DNA of 48,336 nucleotides, taken from Thermoproteus sp. GTDB taxonomy: Archaea; Thermoproteota; Thermoprotei; Thermoproteales; Thermoproteaceae. Positions 27,776-39,467 of the stretch are shown piece after piece. How positions within the stretch are numbered: the stretch's first letter is position 1; the number at the start of each line of letters is the position of its first letter. Both the position numbers and the translations under genes were made by a program. The notes below the pieces were generated by a model. The model ran no database searches. It saw nothing but the letters and a program-made list of their open reading frames with translations, and was not told the DNA's origin. The stretch lies in assembly GCA_049976425.1 (NCBI GenBank), contig JBMFIG010000010.1, forward strand, positions 1-48,336, in the 5' to 3' direction.

Positions 27776-28339
27776 TCAACGCTTGAGGGCCCGGTAGGCG
27801 GCCAGAAACCTATAGGCGGCGGCCGCGTTGACGAGCGCCGCGTAGAGGTATAGGGCCGGGACCAAGGCCTCCCTGGCGAGCGAGCCCACGAGCGACGCGG
27901 CGAGGAGGTAGAGGATCCTCTCGGCCCTCTCCATGAACCCGACCCCCCTCATCGAGAGCCCGAGGGACTCGGCCCTCGCCCTCACGTAGCTGATCAAGAA
28001 AGTGCCCACGAGGGAGACGTAGACGAGCAGATGGGGGGCAGAGGGGTAGAAGTACAGCAAGATCAACGCGTCTGTGTATCTGTCCAACGTCGAGTCCAAG
28101 AGGGCGCCCGGCCTTCCCGCGGTCCCCCTCGCCCTGGCCACCGCGCCGTCGACCACGTCGAGGGCCCCCACAGCCGCTATGAAGGGCCAGGGGGGCCAGC
28201 CGTCCCACGTCAAAAAGACGCCGAGGAGGGCCACGACGAGGGAGAGGGCCGTTACGGCGTCGGCGGATATGGGTATGTACGCGCCGATTCTGTCGAGGTT
28301 TACGTACTTCCGCAACTTCTCGATCACGGCGCCCTCCAC
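27776..28339 (-). CDS. pgsA: CDP-alcohol phosphatidyltransferase (archaetidylinositol phosphate synthase-like)
   Basis: Signature 'DVVDGAVARARG...GALLDSTLDRYTD', plus 'SYVRARAE' and 'ERAER'. Confidence 0.9.
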   Translation of the reverse strand: MEGAVIEKLRKYVNLDRIGAYIPISADAVTALSLVVALLGVFLTWDGWPPWPFIAAVGALDVVDGAVARARGTAGRPGALLDSTLDRYTDALILLYFYPSAPHLLVYVSLVGTFLISYVRARAESLGLSMRGVGFMERAERILYLLAASLVGSLAREALVPALYLYAALVNAAAAYRFLAAYRALKR

Positions 28340-28374
28340 CCGCCTTTATTAATACATTCGCCGCGCGGGGCCCG

Positions 28375-28391
28375 GCGCAAAGTTTTATAAA
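28375..28391 (+). promoter_or_regulatory. BRE-TATA promoter of rps26e
   Basis: GCGCAAAGTTTTATAAA ending 22 nt upstream of the ATG, consistent with a leaderless transcript. Confidence 0.7.
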
Positions 28392-28412
28392 GGGATCCGG
28401 TTCTGGGGCTGT

Positions 28413-28703
28413 ATGCCGAAGAAGAGGAAGAATCGAGGGAGGCATAAGGGCGATAAGGGCCACGAACAGACGCTGCACTGCGACAACTGCGGCAAGCTGA
28501 TACCTAGGTCCAAGGCCGTGAGGGTGACCATACCCTACAGCCCCGTCCCGCCGGATCTGGCCAGAGAGCTCGAGAAACAAGGAGCCATAATACCTAAGTA
28601 CTACATCACGAGGACCTACTGCATAAACTGCGCCGTGTTCTTCGGCTTGATAAAGGTGAGGCCTAGGGAGGAGCGGAAGAAGAGGGCGCCGCTCGCGGTT
28701 TGA
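28413..28703 (+). CDS. rps26e: 30S ribosomal protein S26e
   Basis: 'MPKKRKNRGRHKG', 'CDNCG..IPRSKA' and 'YCINCA'. Confidence 0.97.
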   Translation: MPKKRKNRGRHKGDKGHEQTLHCDNCGKLIPRSKAVRVTIPYSPVPPDLARELEKQGAIIPKYYITRTYCINCAVFFGLIKVRPREERKKRAPLAV

Positions 28704-29188
28704 GCTTCCTGATAAAGTCAGACACAGCTTGCTGGCGGGATTTCCCGCCCGAGCCCTTGGTCAAGGGGAGGGCGGACGTCCTCCTCGACTTCGCTCTGGA
28801 GGCCTTGAGGGCCGGCGCGTCGAGGGTCTACCTGGCCTTCTGCGACGGGGTCGTAGTGGAGGTCGAGCGGACCTCGGCGAGGAGCGCCAGGGAGCTCGCC
28901 GGGGAGTTGCCCAACATGAGGCGCTACGAGGCGTCTCTGAGGGATATAGTGGGGAGGTGGGCCGGGCCCGTCTTCTATCTGCACGAGTCGGGCGTCGACA
29001 TAGATAGGGCGTCTATCCCGCGCGATTCGTTGATTGTGGTGGGGGATCAAGACGGACTCTCGCCGGAGGACGAGGAGTTCTTGAGGGGAAGGGCCACGTG
29101 GATCTCCATAGGCCCTCTGCCCTACCTCAGCTGGTTCTGCGCGCCCTACGTGGCCAGAAAGATGGGGCTGGCCCCCAGACGTCAGTAG
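28700..29188 (+). CDS. trmY: tRNA pseudouridine-54 N1-methyltransferase (SPOUT), short form
   Basis: 'GRADVL', 'YLHESGVDI', 'VVGDQDGL' and '[10 protein letters not shown]'. Confidence 0.75.
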   Translation: MSFLIKSDTACWRDFPPEPLVKGRADVLLDFALEALRAGASRVYLAFCDGVVVEVERTSARSARELAGELPNMRRYEASLRDIVGRWAGPVFYLHESGVDIDRASIPRDSLIVVGDQDGLSPEDEEFLRGRATWISIGPLPYLSWFCAPYVARKMGLAPRRQ

Positions 29189-30657
29189 CGCTCCGATACC
29201 CTAAGCCAGTAGCTGGCCTTCTTGTCGGGGCAGGCGAGGTCGCGCAGATCGCCGCCGCCCACGTCCGCCGGGGCGTCCATCGGTATGCCCAACGCGTCTG
29301 CCTGGAGGAGCTCGTCTATCTTCAAGCCGCAGTCGTTGTCGCCGCTCCAGGGCACCTCGACTATCTTCCCCTCGCCGAGCGCCTTCCTCGCCTCCTCGAG
29401 GCTCTCCGCCTTCACTACGGAGGACCTAAGCCTGTCCCAGGCAGAGCGCCTTAGGTTCTCCTCGATCTCGCCCAGCAACTTCCTGACGGCGTCCTCCAGC
29501 TCGTCGAGGCCCACCGAGTATTTCTCCAAGGTGTCTCTCCTGGCCAAGACGACCGACCTCTGCTCCACGTCCCTCTTCCCTATCTCTATCCTCAGGGGGA
29601 CTCCCTTGAGCTCCCAGTAGTAGAACTTCCAGCCGGGCGTCTTGTCCTCCCTATCGTCGATGTGGACCCGGACTCCGGACGCCCTAAGCCTCTCGGCCAC
29701 GCTCGAGGCCGCCTCCATGACGGCCTTCCTCTCCTCTCCGTAGATTATGGGCACGACAACCGCCTGTATGGGCGCCAGCGCGGGGGGTATCGTGGTGCCC
29801 GCGTCGTCTCCGTGTATGATTAGCATGGCGGCTATGCTCCTCTCCGATATGCCGTAGGAGGTCGTGTGGACGTATTCGTGGCTGCCGTCCGGCCTCAAGT
29901 AGGTCACCTCGAAGACCTTGGAGAAGTTTGTGCCGAGGTAGTGGACGGTCCCTATCTGCAGAGTCCTCCCGTCGGGGAGGATCGTGTCGAAGGCTATGGT
30001 GTAGACGGCGCCTGCGAATTTGTCCCACTCGGGCCTTTGGGAGATTAGGTAGGGTATGCACATCCTGTCGAATATCTTCTTGTATATGTCCACGGCCAGC
30101 CTCACCTGCCTCTCGGCGTCCTCCCTATCGGCATGCGCCGTGTGGGCCTCCTTGAACATGGATATCTCCCTCACCCTGATCATGGGGTTCGTCATCTTGG
30201 TCTCCGCCCTGAAGACGCTGACTATCTGGTAGACGGCGAGCGGCAGATCTCTGTGGTCCTGTATCCAGAGCTTGAACATGGGCATCATGGCGGTCTCCGA
30301 GGTGGGCCTCAGTATGAGCCTCTCGCCGGCCTCCCCGCCTTTAGAGACCCAGAAGACCTCGGACTCGAACCCCCTAATGTGTTGCGACTCCTTGCTGAAG
30401 AACTCGTAGGGTATGAAGACGGGGAAGAGCACCTCCTGGTGGCCTGTGGAGTCGTGGAGCTCCCTGATGACCGCCTCGACGTTCCTCCTTATCCTCATGC
30501 CGTAGGGCCTCCAGACGAAGGCGCCCTTCACGGGATACCTTATGTCGTATATCTCCGCCTCCCGCAGAAGCCAGTGGAACCACTCCATCAAATTGCCTCT
30601 GAGCTTCTCCCTAGGATGCGGCCTCGCCGCTCTGATCAACTGCATGGGGTTCGTCAC
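29182..30657 (-). CDS. proS: Prolyl-tRNA synthetase (archaeal/eukaryotic type)
   Basis: 'LRPTSET', '[11 protein letters not shown]', 'FKEAHTAH', '[10 protein letters not shown]' and 'GVPLRIEIG'; C-terminal Tyr. Confidence 0.97.
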   Translation of the reverse strand: MTNPMQLIRAARPHPREKLRGNLMEWFHWLLREAEIYDIRYPVKGAFVWRPYGMRIRRNVEAVIRELHDSTGHQEVLFPVFIPYEFFSKESQHIRGFESEVFWVSKGGEAGERLILRPTSETAMMPMFKLWIQDHRDLPLAVYQIVSVFRAETKMTNPMIRVREISMFKEAHTAHADREDAERQVRLAVDIYKKIFDRMCIPYLISQRPEWDKFAGAVYTIAFDTILPDGRTLQIGTVHYLGTNFSKVFEVTYLRPDGSHEYVHTTSYGISERSIAAMLIIHGDDAGTTIPPALAPIQAVVVPIIYGEERKAVMEAASSVAERLRASGVRVHIDDREDKTPGWKFYYWELKGVPLRIEIGKRDVEQRSVVLARRDTLEKYSVGLDELEDAVRKLLGEIEENLRRSAWDRLRSSVVKAESLEEARKALGEGKIVEVPWSGDNDCGLKIDELLQADALGIPMDAPADVGGGDLRDLACPDKKASYWLRVSERY

Positions 30658-30802
30658 GACCGGGTTAAAAACCTCTACGCGCCGTGGGCAGAGGGGAATT
30701 CGTTCTAAAGGCGATTGGAGTTTTGGAGGCGGGCTCTTAAGGCCCTCGGGAAGGCGCGGGAGGGGCTGAACGAATAGGGGGCGATCGACGGGGTGAGGGA
30801 AA

Positions 30803-31588
30803 TCACGGGGAGGCGGCGGGCCGCGTCCGTCTAGGAGGCGCCCTCCCCCAGATTATAAACCCCGTGAAGACCACGGCCCTCGTCTCGGGCCTCATCTCCC
30901 CCGGCTCTGCCTTCCACGGCCTGACAGAGACCTCGGCCATATTTATGTCGAGGAGGCCGCGGGACCTCATGGCGGCTACGCTCTTCTGGGCGTGCTCCAC
31001 GCTGGTGCTGAACACCACGAGGACTCCGCCGGGCTTCAAGGCATCCAAGGCGGCGTCCATCGCAGTCCAGGGGCTCCCCATGTCGAGCACAACGGCGTCC
31101 AGGCCCTCGGCGCCGAAGCCTGCAACCGCCACGTCCGCTACGGCGAGGTCGACGACCTCTTCGAGGCCCAGCGATTTTATATTGCCCCAGGCGACCTCCG
31201 CGAAGTCGGGCCTCACCTCGTAGGTCAAGACGCGGCCCAGAGGCCCGACGCGCCAAGCGAGCACGGAGGCGAGGAAGCCGGAGCCCGTCCCGGCCTCCGC
31301 AACCTCGGAGCCGGGCCCTATCCCCGACACGAGGGCTATGAACTCGGCGTCGACGGGATATATAACCTGCGTCGCGTGTCTGAGGCGGGGCAGTATGTCG
31401 TATATCGTGGGCCTCAGCACGTAGAGCCTATGGCCTAGGGACGTCGTCACGACGTCCCCATAGTCGGCGGCGTCGAGGGCAGAGGCCTCCACGTACCCCC
31501 TTATGGTCTCCAGCCGCCCCCTATGCCTGGCCACGATCTTCAGCCCGTCCTCCGACACCAGCATCACCCAGTCGCCGCGCCTCACCAC
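30803..31588 (-). CDS. trmI: tRNA (adenine-57/58 N1)-methyltransferase
   Basis: 'TQVIYPVD', 'EAGTGSG', 'YEVRPDF', 'VLDMGSPW' and 'RPE...FTGF'; start at GTG near 31588. Confidence 0.9.
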   Translation of the reverse strand: MVRRGDWVMLVSEDGLKIVARHRGRLETIRGYVEASALDAADYGDVVTTSLGHRLYVLRPTIYDILPRLRHATQVIYPVDAEFIALVSGIGPGSEVAEAGTGSGFLASVLAWRVGPLGRVLTYEVRPDFAEVAWGNIKSLGLEEVVDLAVADVAVAGFGAEGLDAVVLDMGSPWTAMDAALDALKPGGVLVVFSTSVEHAQKSVAAMRSRGLLDINMAEVSVRPWKAEPGEMRPETRAVVFTGFIIWGRAPPRRTRPAASP

Positions 31589-31608
31589 GAGGCCCGTCGG
31601 GGCGTTAG

Positions 31609-32193
31609 TTAAAGCTTTGATTCGCGGGCCGCCGCCAGCGCGAAGTCCAAGAACTTGTCGAAGTCCCCCTCGACCTCCGCGGACGCCACAAGCTTGTTCC
31701 ACCGCTCCACGACCTCCCTATAGCTCTCCATCTCCCGCTCTCTCTCCACAGCCGCCTCGGCCTCAGCCGAGAGGTCGCGGACGGGGCCTCTGCCTATGCC
31801 TGGACAGAACCTCTCGGCGCCCTCGACAAGCTCCAGGCGCACCACGTCGCCGGGGACGTAGACGAAGGGGTAGAAGCGGCAGTTCAGCGGACGCGCGTCG
31901 TAGATGGAGCAGACGAAGCGCCCGCCCCTCAGCTCGATGAATATACAGAAGCCGTCGAGCCTCTTCTTCAACACGAGGTAGTGCTCGCGGCCGTCGGACA
32001 GAAGAAACGCAGGCACTCCCCACTCGCCTACAGCGGCCTTGGGGATGGGCGCGGCGAAGTCGCGAGGCTTGAGGCCGGTCCTCTCCGCTATGCGCAGGAG
32101 GTCCATGTGGGTTATGGGGACCCAGTAGAGCCTACAGCACTCTCCGCAGAGAGTACACTTGAACCTAATACGAGGCCCTATCCATTCAGGCAC
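31609..32193 (-). CDS. YkgJ/FliB-like CxxCxxCC Fe-S/Zn protein
   Basis: 'FKCTLCGECC', 'FCIF', 'CSIYDARPLNCRFYPF' and 'CPGIG'. Confidence 0.88.
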   Translation of the reverse strand: MPEWIGPRIRFKCTLCGECCRLYWVPITHMDLLRIAERTGLKPRDFAAPIPKAAVGEWGVPAFLLSDGREHYLVLKKRLDGFCIFIELRGGRFVCSIYDARPLNCRFYPFVYVPGDVVRLELVEGAERFCPGIGRGPVRDLSAEAEAAVEREREMESYREVVERWNKLVASAEVEGDFDKFLDFALAAARESKL

Positions 32194-32215
32194 GGCGGCG
32201 GCCGCAAAACGGCGG

Positions 32216-33238
<1,023 letters not shown>

Positions 33239-33243
33239 GGCCC

Positions 33244-34242
33244 CTACAAACCGCCCGATTTAAATTGATACAGCCAGCACGCGGCCAAGTGGCGCCTCCC
33301 TGTCCAAGGCTTGAGCTCAAACGCAGGCGGCTCCCTATCGTCGCAGAGCCCCTTGAGCGCCTTGTCGTTGGCGAAGTAGGGACAGCGCGGGTGGAAGCGG
33401 CAACCCTTGGGCGGGTCGATGAGGCTCGGCACCTCTCCGGGTATGTAGGACAGCTGTTTGTCGGTCCTCAGTGTGGGCATGCTGGACATAAGGCCTTGGG
33501 TGTAGGGGTGGGCCGGGGCGGCGTACATATCCTCGGCGCTGCCTATCTCGGCGAGCTTTCCGGCGTACATCACGGCGACGGAGTCGGCGAGCTCGCTGGC
33601 GAGCGCCAGGTCGTGGGTGATGAATATATACGTGAGCTTCAGCCTCGCCTTCAACTCCTTCAGCAGGTTCATTATGTTGGCTTGGGTCATGACGTCGAGA
33701 GCCGACGTGGGCTCGTCCAAGATCAAGAGCTTGGGCCTCGCCATTATGGCCATGGCTATGACCACCCTCTGCTTCATGCCGCCCGACAGCTGGTGCGGGT
33801 ATCTGTTGACGACGTCCCTCGGAAGGCCCACAGACTCGAGGGAGTCCTGGGCCAGCTTGAGGGCCTCCGACTTGGGCACGCCCTGTAGCACCAGCGGCTC
33901 CACCATCTGCTCTCCGACCGTGATGACCGGGTTGAGGGCGTTCATGGATGCTTGCGGCACCATGGCCACCTTCCGCCAGCGTATCTCCCTCCTGAAGCGG
34001 TCCTCCGGCATGTGCAGTATCTCCTCGCCCTCCAGATAGATCTCGCCGTCGACCAACGAGACGTTCCTCTCCCAGACCCTGGTTATGGCCTTGGCCAGAG
34101 TCGACTTGCCGCTCCCGGTCTCGCCCACCACCGCGAGGGTCTCGCCCTCCTCCAGCTCGAACGAGACGCCGTCGAGGGCCTTCAGTATGCCCTTGGTCGT
34201 CTGGTAGTAGAGCCTTAGGTTTCTGACCTCCAGGAGCGGCAT
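33244..34242 (-). CDS. oppD: Oligopeptide ABC transporter ATPase
   Basis: GETGSGKS, LSGGMKQR, ILDEPTSALD and 'GCRFHPRCP'. Confidence 0.93.
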   Translation of the reverse strand: MPLLEVRNLRLYYQTTKGILKALDGVSFELEEGETLAVVGETGSGKSTLAKAITRVWERNVSLVDGEIYLEGEEILHMPEDRFRREIRWRKVAMVPQASMNALNPVITVGEQMVEPLVLQGVPKSEALKLAQDSLESVGLPRDVVNRYPHQLSGGMKQRVVIAMAIMARPKLLILDEPTSALDVMTQANIMNLLKELKARLKLTYIFITHDLALASELADSVAVMYAGKLAEIGSAEDMYAAPAHPYTQGLMSSMPTLRTDKQLSYIPGEVPSLIDPPKGCRFHPRCPYFANDKALKGLCDDREPPAFELKPWTGRRHLAACWLYQFKSGGL

Positions 34243-34244
34243 GG

Positions 34245-35648
34245 CTACGCGTGTCTAAGCCTCGGGTTGACCACGGGCTCGAGGCCCATGGCCACGAATA
34301 TGAACGTCACGGCCACGAAGGTGATGAGGAGCCCGGGCGGCACGACCCACCACCAGTAGCCCGACGTCAACGCGCCGAACTCGTTGGCGTAGGCCAGTAT
34401 GTTGCCCCAAGTCGGTAGCTCGGCCCCGGCGAGGTTGAAGAAGTTTATGGCCGACAGCGTCAGTATGCCGCCGGGGACGTTTACGACGAACAGGTATAGG
34501 GTGTAGGGCATCACCATGGGCAGTATGTGGTTCCTCAATATCCAGCCCTTGCCCGCGCCCGCGGCGAGAGCCGACTCGATGAACTGCGAGTTCTTTATCT
34601 GCATGACCATGGCGCGGATTACGCGGGCCGAACCTCCCCAGGAGACCGCAGCGAGGAAGACTATGGCGTCCCATATGGACCACTGGAAAAGCACCGAGAA
34701 GACTATCAACAAGGGAAACGCCGGCAACAGTATGAAGAAGTCGGTGATCCTGGTCAGGATCTCGTCGACGACGCCTCCGTAGAAGGCCGCGACTACGCCT
34801 ATGAGTATTGCTAAGGTCACCACTATCGCCGCCGTGAGGATTCCAACAGCGAGGTCTATGGGGAACCCGGCCAGCAAGCCGAGCCAGAGGTCGTGGCCCA
34901 GGAAGTCGGTGCCCATAAGGCCGTATACCTGGCCCTCTAGGATAATCCTCAGATCCTTCCTGTCAATGACGTTGCCGCCGCTGAACGAGTAGATCGTAAT
35001 GGTGAACTTATAGGTGCCCTTCAGAGGCACCAGATCGCCGCCCTTCACGGTGAAGAACAAGTAGGGTATCGCCGAGGAGCCCGCAGGCACGGCGTTCTGG
35101 ACCCCGAAGTTGCTCTGGTAGAACGAGTTTATCTGAGATATCACTTGGGGGCTCAGCCCCAAGGCCACGAACTGCGAGTTGACCGATATGGGCCCCAGCT
35201 GTATCGCCTTGCCGTCCGGCCTCTCGACGGTGAGGTAGGCCACCGTCGATGCGTTGTAGACCGCGGGGTTCTTAACGACCATGTATAGGTTTCTCCAAGG
35301 CGACGCGTACTGCTCGTCCACGGCGAATTGGACCACGGCGTAGCCCACGCCTCCGCTTGAGCCGCTGGTGAAGTTGAAGTCGCGGATCACTATCTGCGGC
35401 GCGTAGGCGTTGCCGGTGAACAAGTTTATCCAGGCCGGCGGCGCGTATTTGGGATTCGCCTGCCAGTACGAGGGGGTGTTCCAGAGATTGCCGAAGTTGG
35501 GCGGCAGGGCGACGAGGGCGTAGACCGAGAACGCAACCATGACCGAGAAAAACACCAAGGCGATTTTGCCGGTCGTGGTCGCCACGAAGCCGCGCCATAT
35601 CTCTCCCGGCGTCATCCCGAGAATTCTGAACTCCCGACGGGCCGCCAT
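34245..35648 (-). CDS. oppC: Oligopeptide ABC transporter permease with large extracellular loop
   Basis: Start MAARREF at 35648; 'MGTDFLGHD', EAA-like 'FIESALAAGA' and 'NPRL'. Confidence 0.92.
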   Translation of the reverse strand: MAARREFRILGMTPGEIWRGFVATTTGKIALVFFSVMVAFSVYALVALPPNFGNLWNTPSYWQANPKYAPPAWINLFTGNAYAPQIVIRDFNFTSGSSGGVGYAVVQFAVDEQYASPWRNLYMVVKNPAVYNASTVAYLTVERPDGKAIQLGPISVNSQFVALGLSPQVISQINSFYQSNFGVQNAVPAGSSAIPYLFFTVKGGDLVPLKGTYKFTITIYSFSGGNVIDRKDLRIILEGQVYGLMGTDFLGHDLWLGLLAGFPIDLAVGILTAAIVVTLAILIGVVAAFYGGVVDEILTRITDFFILLPAFPLLIVFSVLFQWSIWDAIVFLAAVSWGGSARVIRAMVMQIKNSQFIESALAAGAGKGWILRNHILPMVMPYTLYLFVVNVPGGILTLSAINFFNLAGAELPTWGNILAYANEFGALTSGYWWWVVPPGLLITFVAVTFIFVAMGLEPVVNPRLRHA

Positions 35649-35650
35649 GG

Positions 35651-36757
35651 CTACTCGCTCCTTATCCTCGGGTCGAGAACTATGTAGAGAACCTCCAGGA
35701 CAAGCACTAGAGCTATGTACAGCAGAGTGGATGCGTATGTCAACGCCACTATGACGGGCAGATCGGGCGTCGGCGAGAATATGGCCAGATTGTAGACGTA
35801 GCCGAGCCCCCACCAGCGGAAGACGGCCTCGGTTATTATAAAGCCCCCGAAGATTATGAAGGGCAGTCCGAGGAGTATGCTGGTCAGTATGACCGGCGCC
35901 GACGGCCTTAGTATATACCTGCTGGTTATTCTGCTGTCGGGCAACCCCTTTATCTTGGCGAAGGTCACGAAATCTTCCTGCGCCGTGCTCAACGTCACCG
36001 ATCTGGCGAAGTAGGCCCAGCTGCCCACGTTGACTATGAGGACTGTGGCGAGCGGTAGCGCGAAGTGCCACAGAAGATCGGCGAGGGCGTTCGGGTTGAC
36101 GAAGACGGAGAGCGGCGATGTGAACCACATGGAGTAGTATTTTGGACTCAATATGCCGCCGGAGGGGAAGTATATGGGAGATTTAATCGAGGATAGGTAG
36201 AAGCTGAAGACCAACAATATGAGTATGCCGACCCACCACTGGGGCAGGCCGTTGGACACCGCGCCGTAGTACATCACGGCGCGGTCGACCCTGCTACCGT
36301 ACTTCAAGGCCGACCTGAGCCCTATCTGTATGCCTATGAAGGCGCTCAACAAGATGCCGAAGGTGTCGAGGAGTATCGTGCCCGGCAATGCCGATGCGAT
36401 TATGTCCGAGACCTTGCCCGACGCAATGCCGTATACGTCGGGGAAGTAGGAGTAGCCCCAGTTGAACACCAACATATTGTAGATAATATAGAACACCCTT
36501 ATGTACGCCGGCTGGTCGAGGCCGTAGGCCTTATAGAGCTGTTGGACTATCGAGTTGTATAGCTCCTGCACTTGCGCCGGCGTGTAGTGGCCGGATTTGG
36601 CCAACTGCGAGACGAGCGCCCTCGCCTCCAGCTGTATCTGCGTCTGGAGCAACTGGGCTGCCGGCCCCGACAACGCGTAGGAGATCGCGAAAAGTACGGC
36701 GAAGAGAATTATAACTAGGTTAACCGCCCTGATAGCCAGAGTCCTCAATAGACCCAT
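35651..36757 (-). CDS. oppB: Oligopeptide ABC transporter permease
   Basis: 'YGLDQP', 'EDFVTFAKIKGL', 'ITEAVFRWWGLG' and 'LDPRI'. Confidence 0.93.
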   Translation of the reverse strand: MGLLRTLAIRAVNLVIILFAVLFAISYALSGPAAQLLQTQIQLEARALVSQLAKSGHYTPAQVQELYNSIVQQLYKAYGLDQPAYIRVFYIIYNMLVFNWGYSYFPDVYGIASGKVSDIIASALPGTILLDTFGILLSAFIGIQIGLRSALKYGSRVDRAVMYYGAVSNGLPQWWVGILILLVFSFYLSSIKSPIYFPSGGILSPKYYSMWFTSPLSVFVNPNALADLLWHFALPLATVLIVNVGSWAYFARSVTLSTAQEDFVTFAKIKGLPDSRITSRYILRPSAPVILTSILLGLPFIIFGGFIITEAVFRWWGLGYVYNLAIFSPTPDLPVIVALTYASTLLYIALVLVLEVLYIVLDPRIRSE

Positions 36758-36797
36758 AAAGAATATATAGAAAAGAGGGGGTTTTTATTTTATCGTC

Positions 36798-39449
36798 TCA
36801 GCGCCTTCTGATAGCCAGGACCGCGACCGCGATTATGAGTATGACCACTATCGCGACGAGAGCCCAGACCCAAGCCCAGACCCAGCCCGGCGTCGTAGCA
36901 ACCGTCGTGGTGGCCACCGAGGTTGCTACTGACGTGACCACCGACGACGTGGTTACCGTTGCGACGGATGTCGTGCTTGTCGTTACGGCGGGCACGACGG
37001 CCAGCGTGGCTGAGTACGTGGTGGGCACCGTCACCTTGTCGGTATATACGAGCATGTTAAGCGTGTAGACGCCCGGCACGGTCAGAGCGCTTGCCGGCAG
37101 AGTGAAGGTCAGCTGGCCGGGAGCCGAGGACGTCACGGTGCTACTGTAGACCACCTGTCCCTGCGGGTTGGCGACATATACATACGCCCTAGGCAAGCCA
37201 ACTCCCTGCACCGTCACAGTTATGGTGTTGGACTGCCCAGCCACCAGCGTCGTGGGCGTCACGCTGACGACAGAGGCCAGCGGGTTCGGCGGGACCGACG
37301 GCAGTGTGCCGTATATCTTGCTGTACCAGTAGTTGTAGCTGAAGGGATATCCGCTCCACAGCACGAACACGGCCGACTGCGGAGTCGTAGATATCAAGGA
37401 CTGGAGTATGTAGGGGCCGTTGCTTATGAAGAGGTGGCCGTACTGGTTGTAGAAGCTGAGGGCGGCTTGGTAGGCCTGCACCGCCTGCGACTTGTCCAGC
37501 ATACAGCCCACGCCAGGCACGCAAGCCCAGGAGCCGTTATCCCAGATGAACCCGGTGGAGCTCCAGTTGGCCAGATAGCCGGCCAGTATCTGCGCGCTGT
37601 CCTTAGCCGTGAGGTCCACCTGCGGGATCTTCATGGATCTGGCCTCGGGCCTCGTCAAGGCCAGCTTGCCGTCCTTCATGGCCTGGAACATGGCGGCGTA
37701 TATCTCCCAAGGCACGGACCAGCTGTAGTAGGGGGCGTAGTACGAGCCCACTATGTTGGGGTCTGGGAACCAGTAGGTCGAGTAGACCACCACGGTCCCG
37801 TTGGGGAAGAACTGGACTCCGGCTATTGTGCTGACGCCCGGCTGGAGGGCTCCCTGCAGGTCTCCTATATATTTAGCGTTGGCTCCTAGGTCGGGCGCTC
37901 CTTGCGCTAGGTCGAAGGTCCAGTACCAGTACATGAGGACGTCGGCCATGGTTATGGGCTGGCCGTTCTGCCAGTTCGTGCCAAGCCAGGTGCCGTTGTA
38001 GTAGTATCTGATGACGGCCTTGGCGGTCTGTCCAGGCCCTACCGCGACCCACTTGCCCAAAGTCGCGTTCCAGACCACCGCGTTCGGCGGCACGGGGTAT
38101 ATAGCCGAGCCGTTGGGGCTCAGCTGGACAGACCAAGCGCCTCTGTAAGGCATCGGCTCGCCCGAGAACGGGTCATATGCCATGAACGGGTCGAACAGCC
38201 AGCCCACCACGTCGTCCGCGGTATATGCGTCCATGGATATGATCCAGCCTATGGGGCTCCACGGGAACTGCTTGACGTGGAGCATGCCGACCGTGAGGGT
38301 GGTCTTGCCGGGCACGTAGGCGAACTTCACGCCGTAGGGAGTCTCGAGGCCCAACACAGACGGCATGAAGTTCTTCAGCCTAGTCGATATGGGGTAGGCG
38401 GCGGATCTAGCCACCTGCCACACCCTCACCGCCTCGGCGAAGCAGTCCGAGAGCGCTATCTTGGACAGCTGCTTGAACTGGTCGAGGCTAGTGAAGTTGC
38501 CCGACGACACTATCTGGGTCACGTTGTCTATAGTGGCGTTCATATACTGCCAGAAGCCCGGCTCACCCCAGCCAGGCATGTTGCCCGACCACGAGGCGCA
38601 GAAGCTGGCGCCAGCGCCGGTGTCCCAAGGCATAGGAGTTATGGACCAAGCCTCCGTATATATCTGCCACTCCATGTCGGCAGGGTTGGAGCCGTAAACC
38701 GTGCTGAGCGCGTCCGTCAACGTGCCGTATATAGGCTTTATGGTGAAGCCGAGCGACTGGAGCGCCTCGGAGAAAATCAAGCCCATCTGGTAGCGGTAGG
38801 GGTCGTCGTTCCTTATGAAGAATATTATGGTGACCGGCTGCGGCGTGGTGGAGTTGGGCGGGATGTAGTACCACTTGCCTCTCCAGAGTATCCTGCCGTG
38901 CCAGATGGGGTCGGTCTGGTTTATCTGTCTGAAGAGCGCCCATATCGAGGCGTTGACGTAGGTCGGGTCGTAGTGGATGTTGTACTGGGACACGAACGGG
39001 ACTATGAGCACGTAGCTGTTGAGCGCGAACGGGCCGGGCCAGGCTAGTATAGGCGTGGCCAGTCCGTGGAACACCTGCTGGACTATTCCACTGCGGTCCA
39101 CTAGATAGTTCATCAAGAAGCGGAACTGCCTATACGCGAAGGGGTTGAACGTCTTGTTGCTGGGGTAGGGGTTGAACAGAAGGTCGTACCCAGATATCAT
39201 GCCGGGGCTCACGAACGTGATGTTGGGGTTCTGCTGTAGTTGCGTGATTATGTTCACCGGGATTGCCCACGGGTTTAGGTGTAGGTCTATCTTGCCGCTC
39301 TGGAAATAAAGCGGCACTTGGTCGTTGGGTATCTCCGTCACCGTTATCGTCTGAGGCATCGGCGTTGCTTGGGCGATCGAGAGATACGCCGACAGCACTA
39401 GTACGGCGGCCGCGAGGGCCGCCAGTATTATCACTTTCCGGGACGCCAT
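36798..39449 (-). CDS. oppA: Oligopeptide ABC transporter substrate-binding protein (archaeal, membrane-anchored)
   Basis: Signal peptide, 'FNPF...FR..MNYLVDR', many N-x-S/T sequons, Thr/Ser/Val linker, C-terminal TM plus RRR. Confidence 0.92.
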   Translation of the reverse strand: MASRKVIILAALAAAVLVLSAYLSIAQATPMPQTITVTEIPNDQVPLYFQSGKIDLHLNPWAIPVNIITQLQQNPNITFVSPGMISGYDLLFNPYPSNKTFNPFAYRQFRFLMNYLVDRSGIVQQVFHGLATPILAWPGPFALNSYVLIVPFVSQYNIHYDPTYVNASIWALFRQINQTDPIWHGRILWRGKWYYIPPNSTTPQPVTIIFFIRNDDPYRYQMGLIFSEALQSLGFTIKPIYGTLTDALSTVYGSNPADMEWQIYTEAWSITPMPWDTGAGASFCASWSGNMPGWGEPGFWQYMNATIDNVTQIVSSGNFTSLDQFKQLSKIALSDCFAEAVRVWQVARSAAYPISTRLKNFMPSVLGLETPYGVKFAYVPGKTTLTVGMLHVKQFPWSPIGWIISMDAYTADDVVGWLFDPFMAYDPFSGEPMPYRGAWSVQLSPNGSAIYPVPPNAVVWNATLGKWVAVGPGQTAKAVIRYYYNGTWLGTNWQNGQPITMADVLMYWYWTFDLAQGAPDLGANAKYIGDLQGALQPGVSTIAGVQFFPNGTVVVYSTYWFPDPNIVGSYYAPYYSWSVPWEIYAAMFQAMKDGKLALTRPEARSMKIPQVDLTAKDSAQILAGYLANWSSTGFIWDNGSWACVPGVGCMLDKSQAVQAYQAALSFYNQYGHLFISNGPYILQSLISTTPQSAVFVLWSGYPFSYNYWYSKIYGTLPSVPPNPLASVVSVTPTTLVAGQSNTITVTVQGVGLPRAYVYVANPQGQVVYSSTVTSSAPGQLTFTLPASALTVPGVYTLNMLVYTDKVTVPTTYSATLAVVPAVTTSTTSVATVTTSSVVTSVATSVATTTVATTPGWVWAWVWALVAIVVILIIAVAVLAIRRR

Positions 39450-39467
39450 GTCATATATATCTCACGA

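Noticed and set aside
30660-30802. ATTCGTTC/GAACGAAT 8-bp inverted repeat in the trmI-proS spacer
   Set aside because: A single short stem with no supporting internal structure or box motifs; compatible with chance.
35649-36128. 160-aa N-terminal extension of oppC
   Set aside because: It overlaps oppB out of frame with non-protein-like composition; the true start is ATG 35648.
36890-36990. Repetitive Thr/Ser/Val-coding tract
   Set aside because: It is the ordinary glycosylated linker of archaeal solute-binding proteins, not a DNA repeat element.
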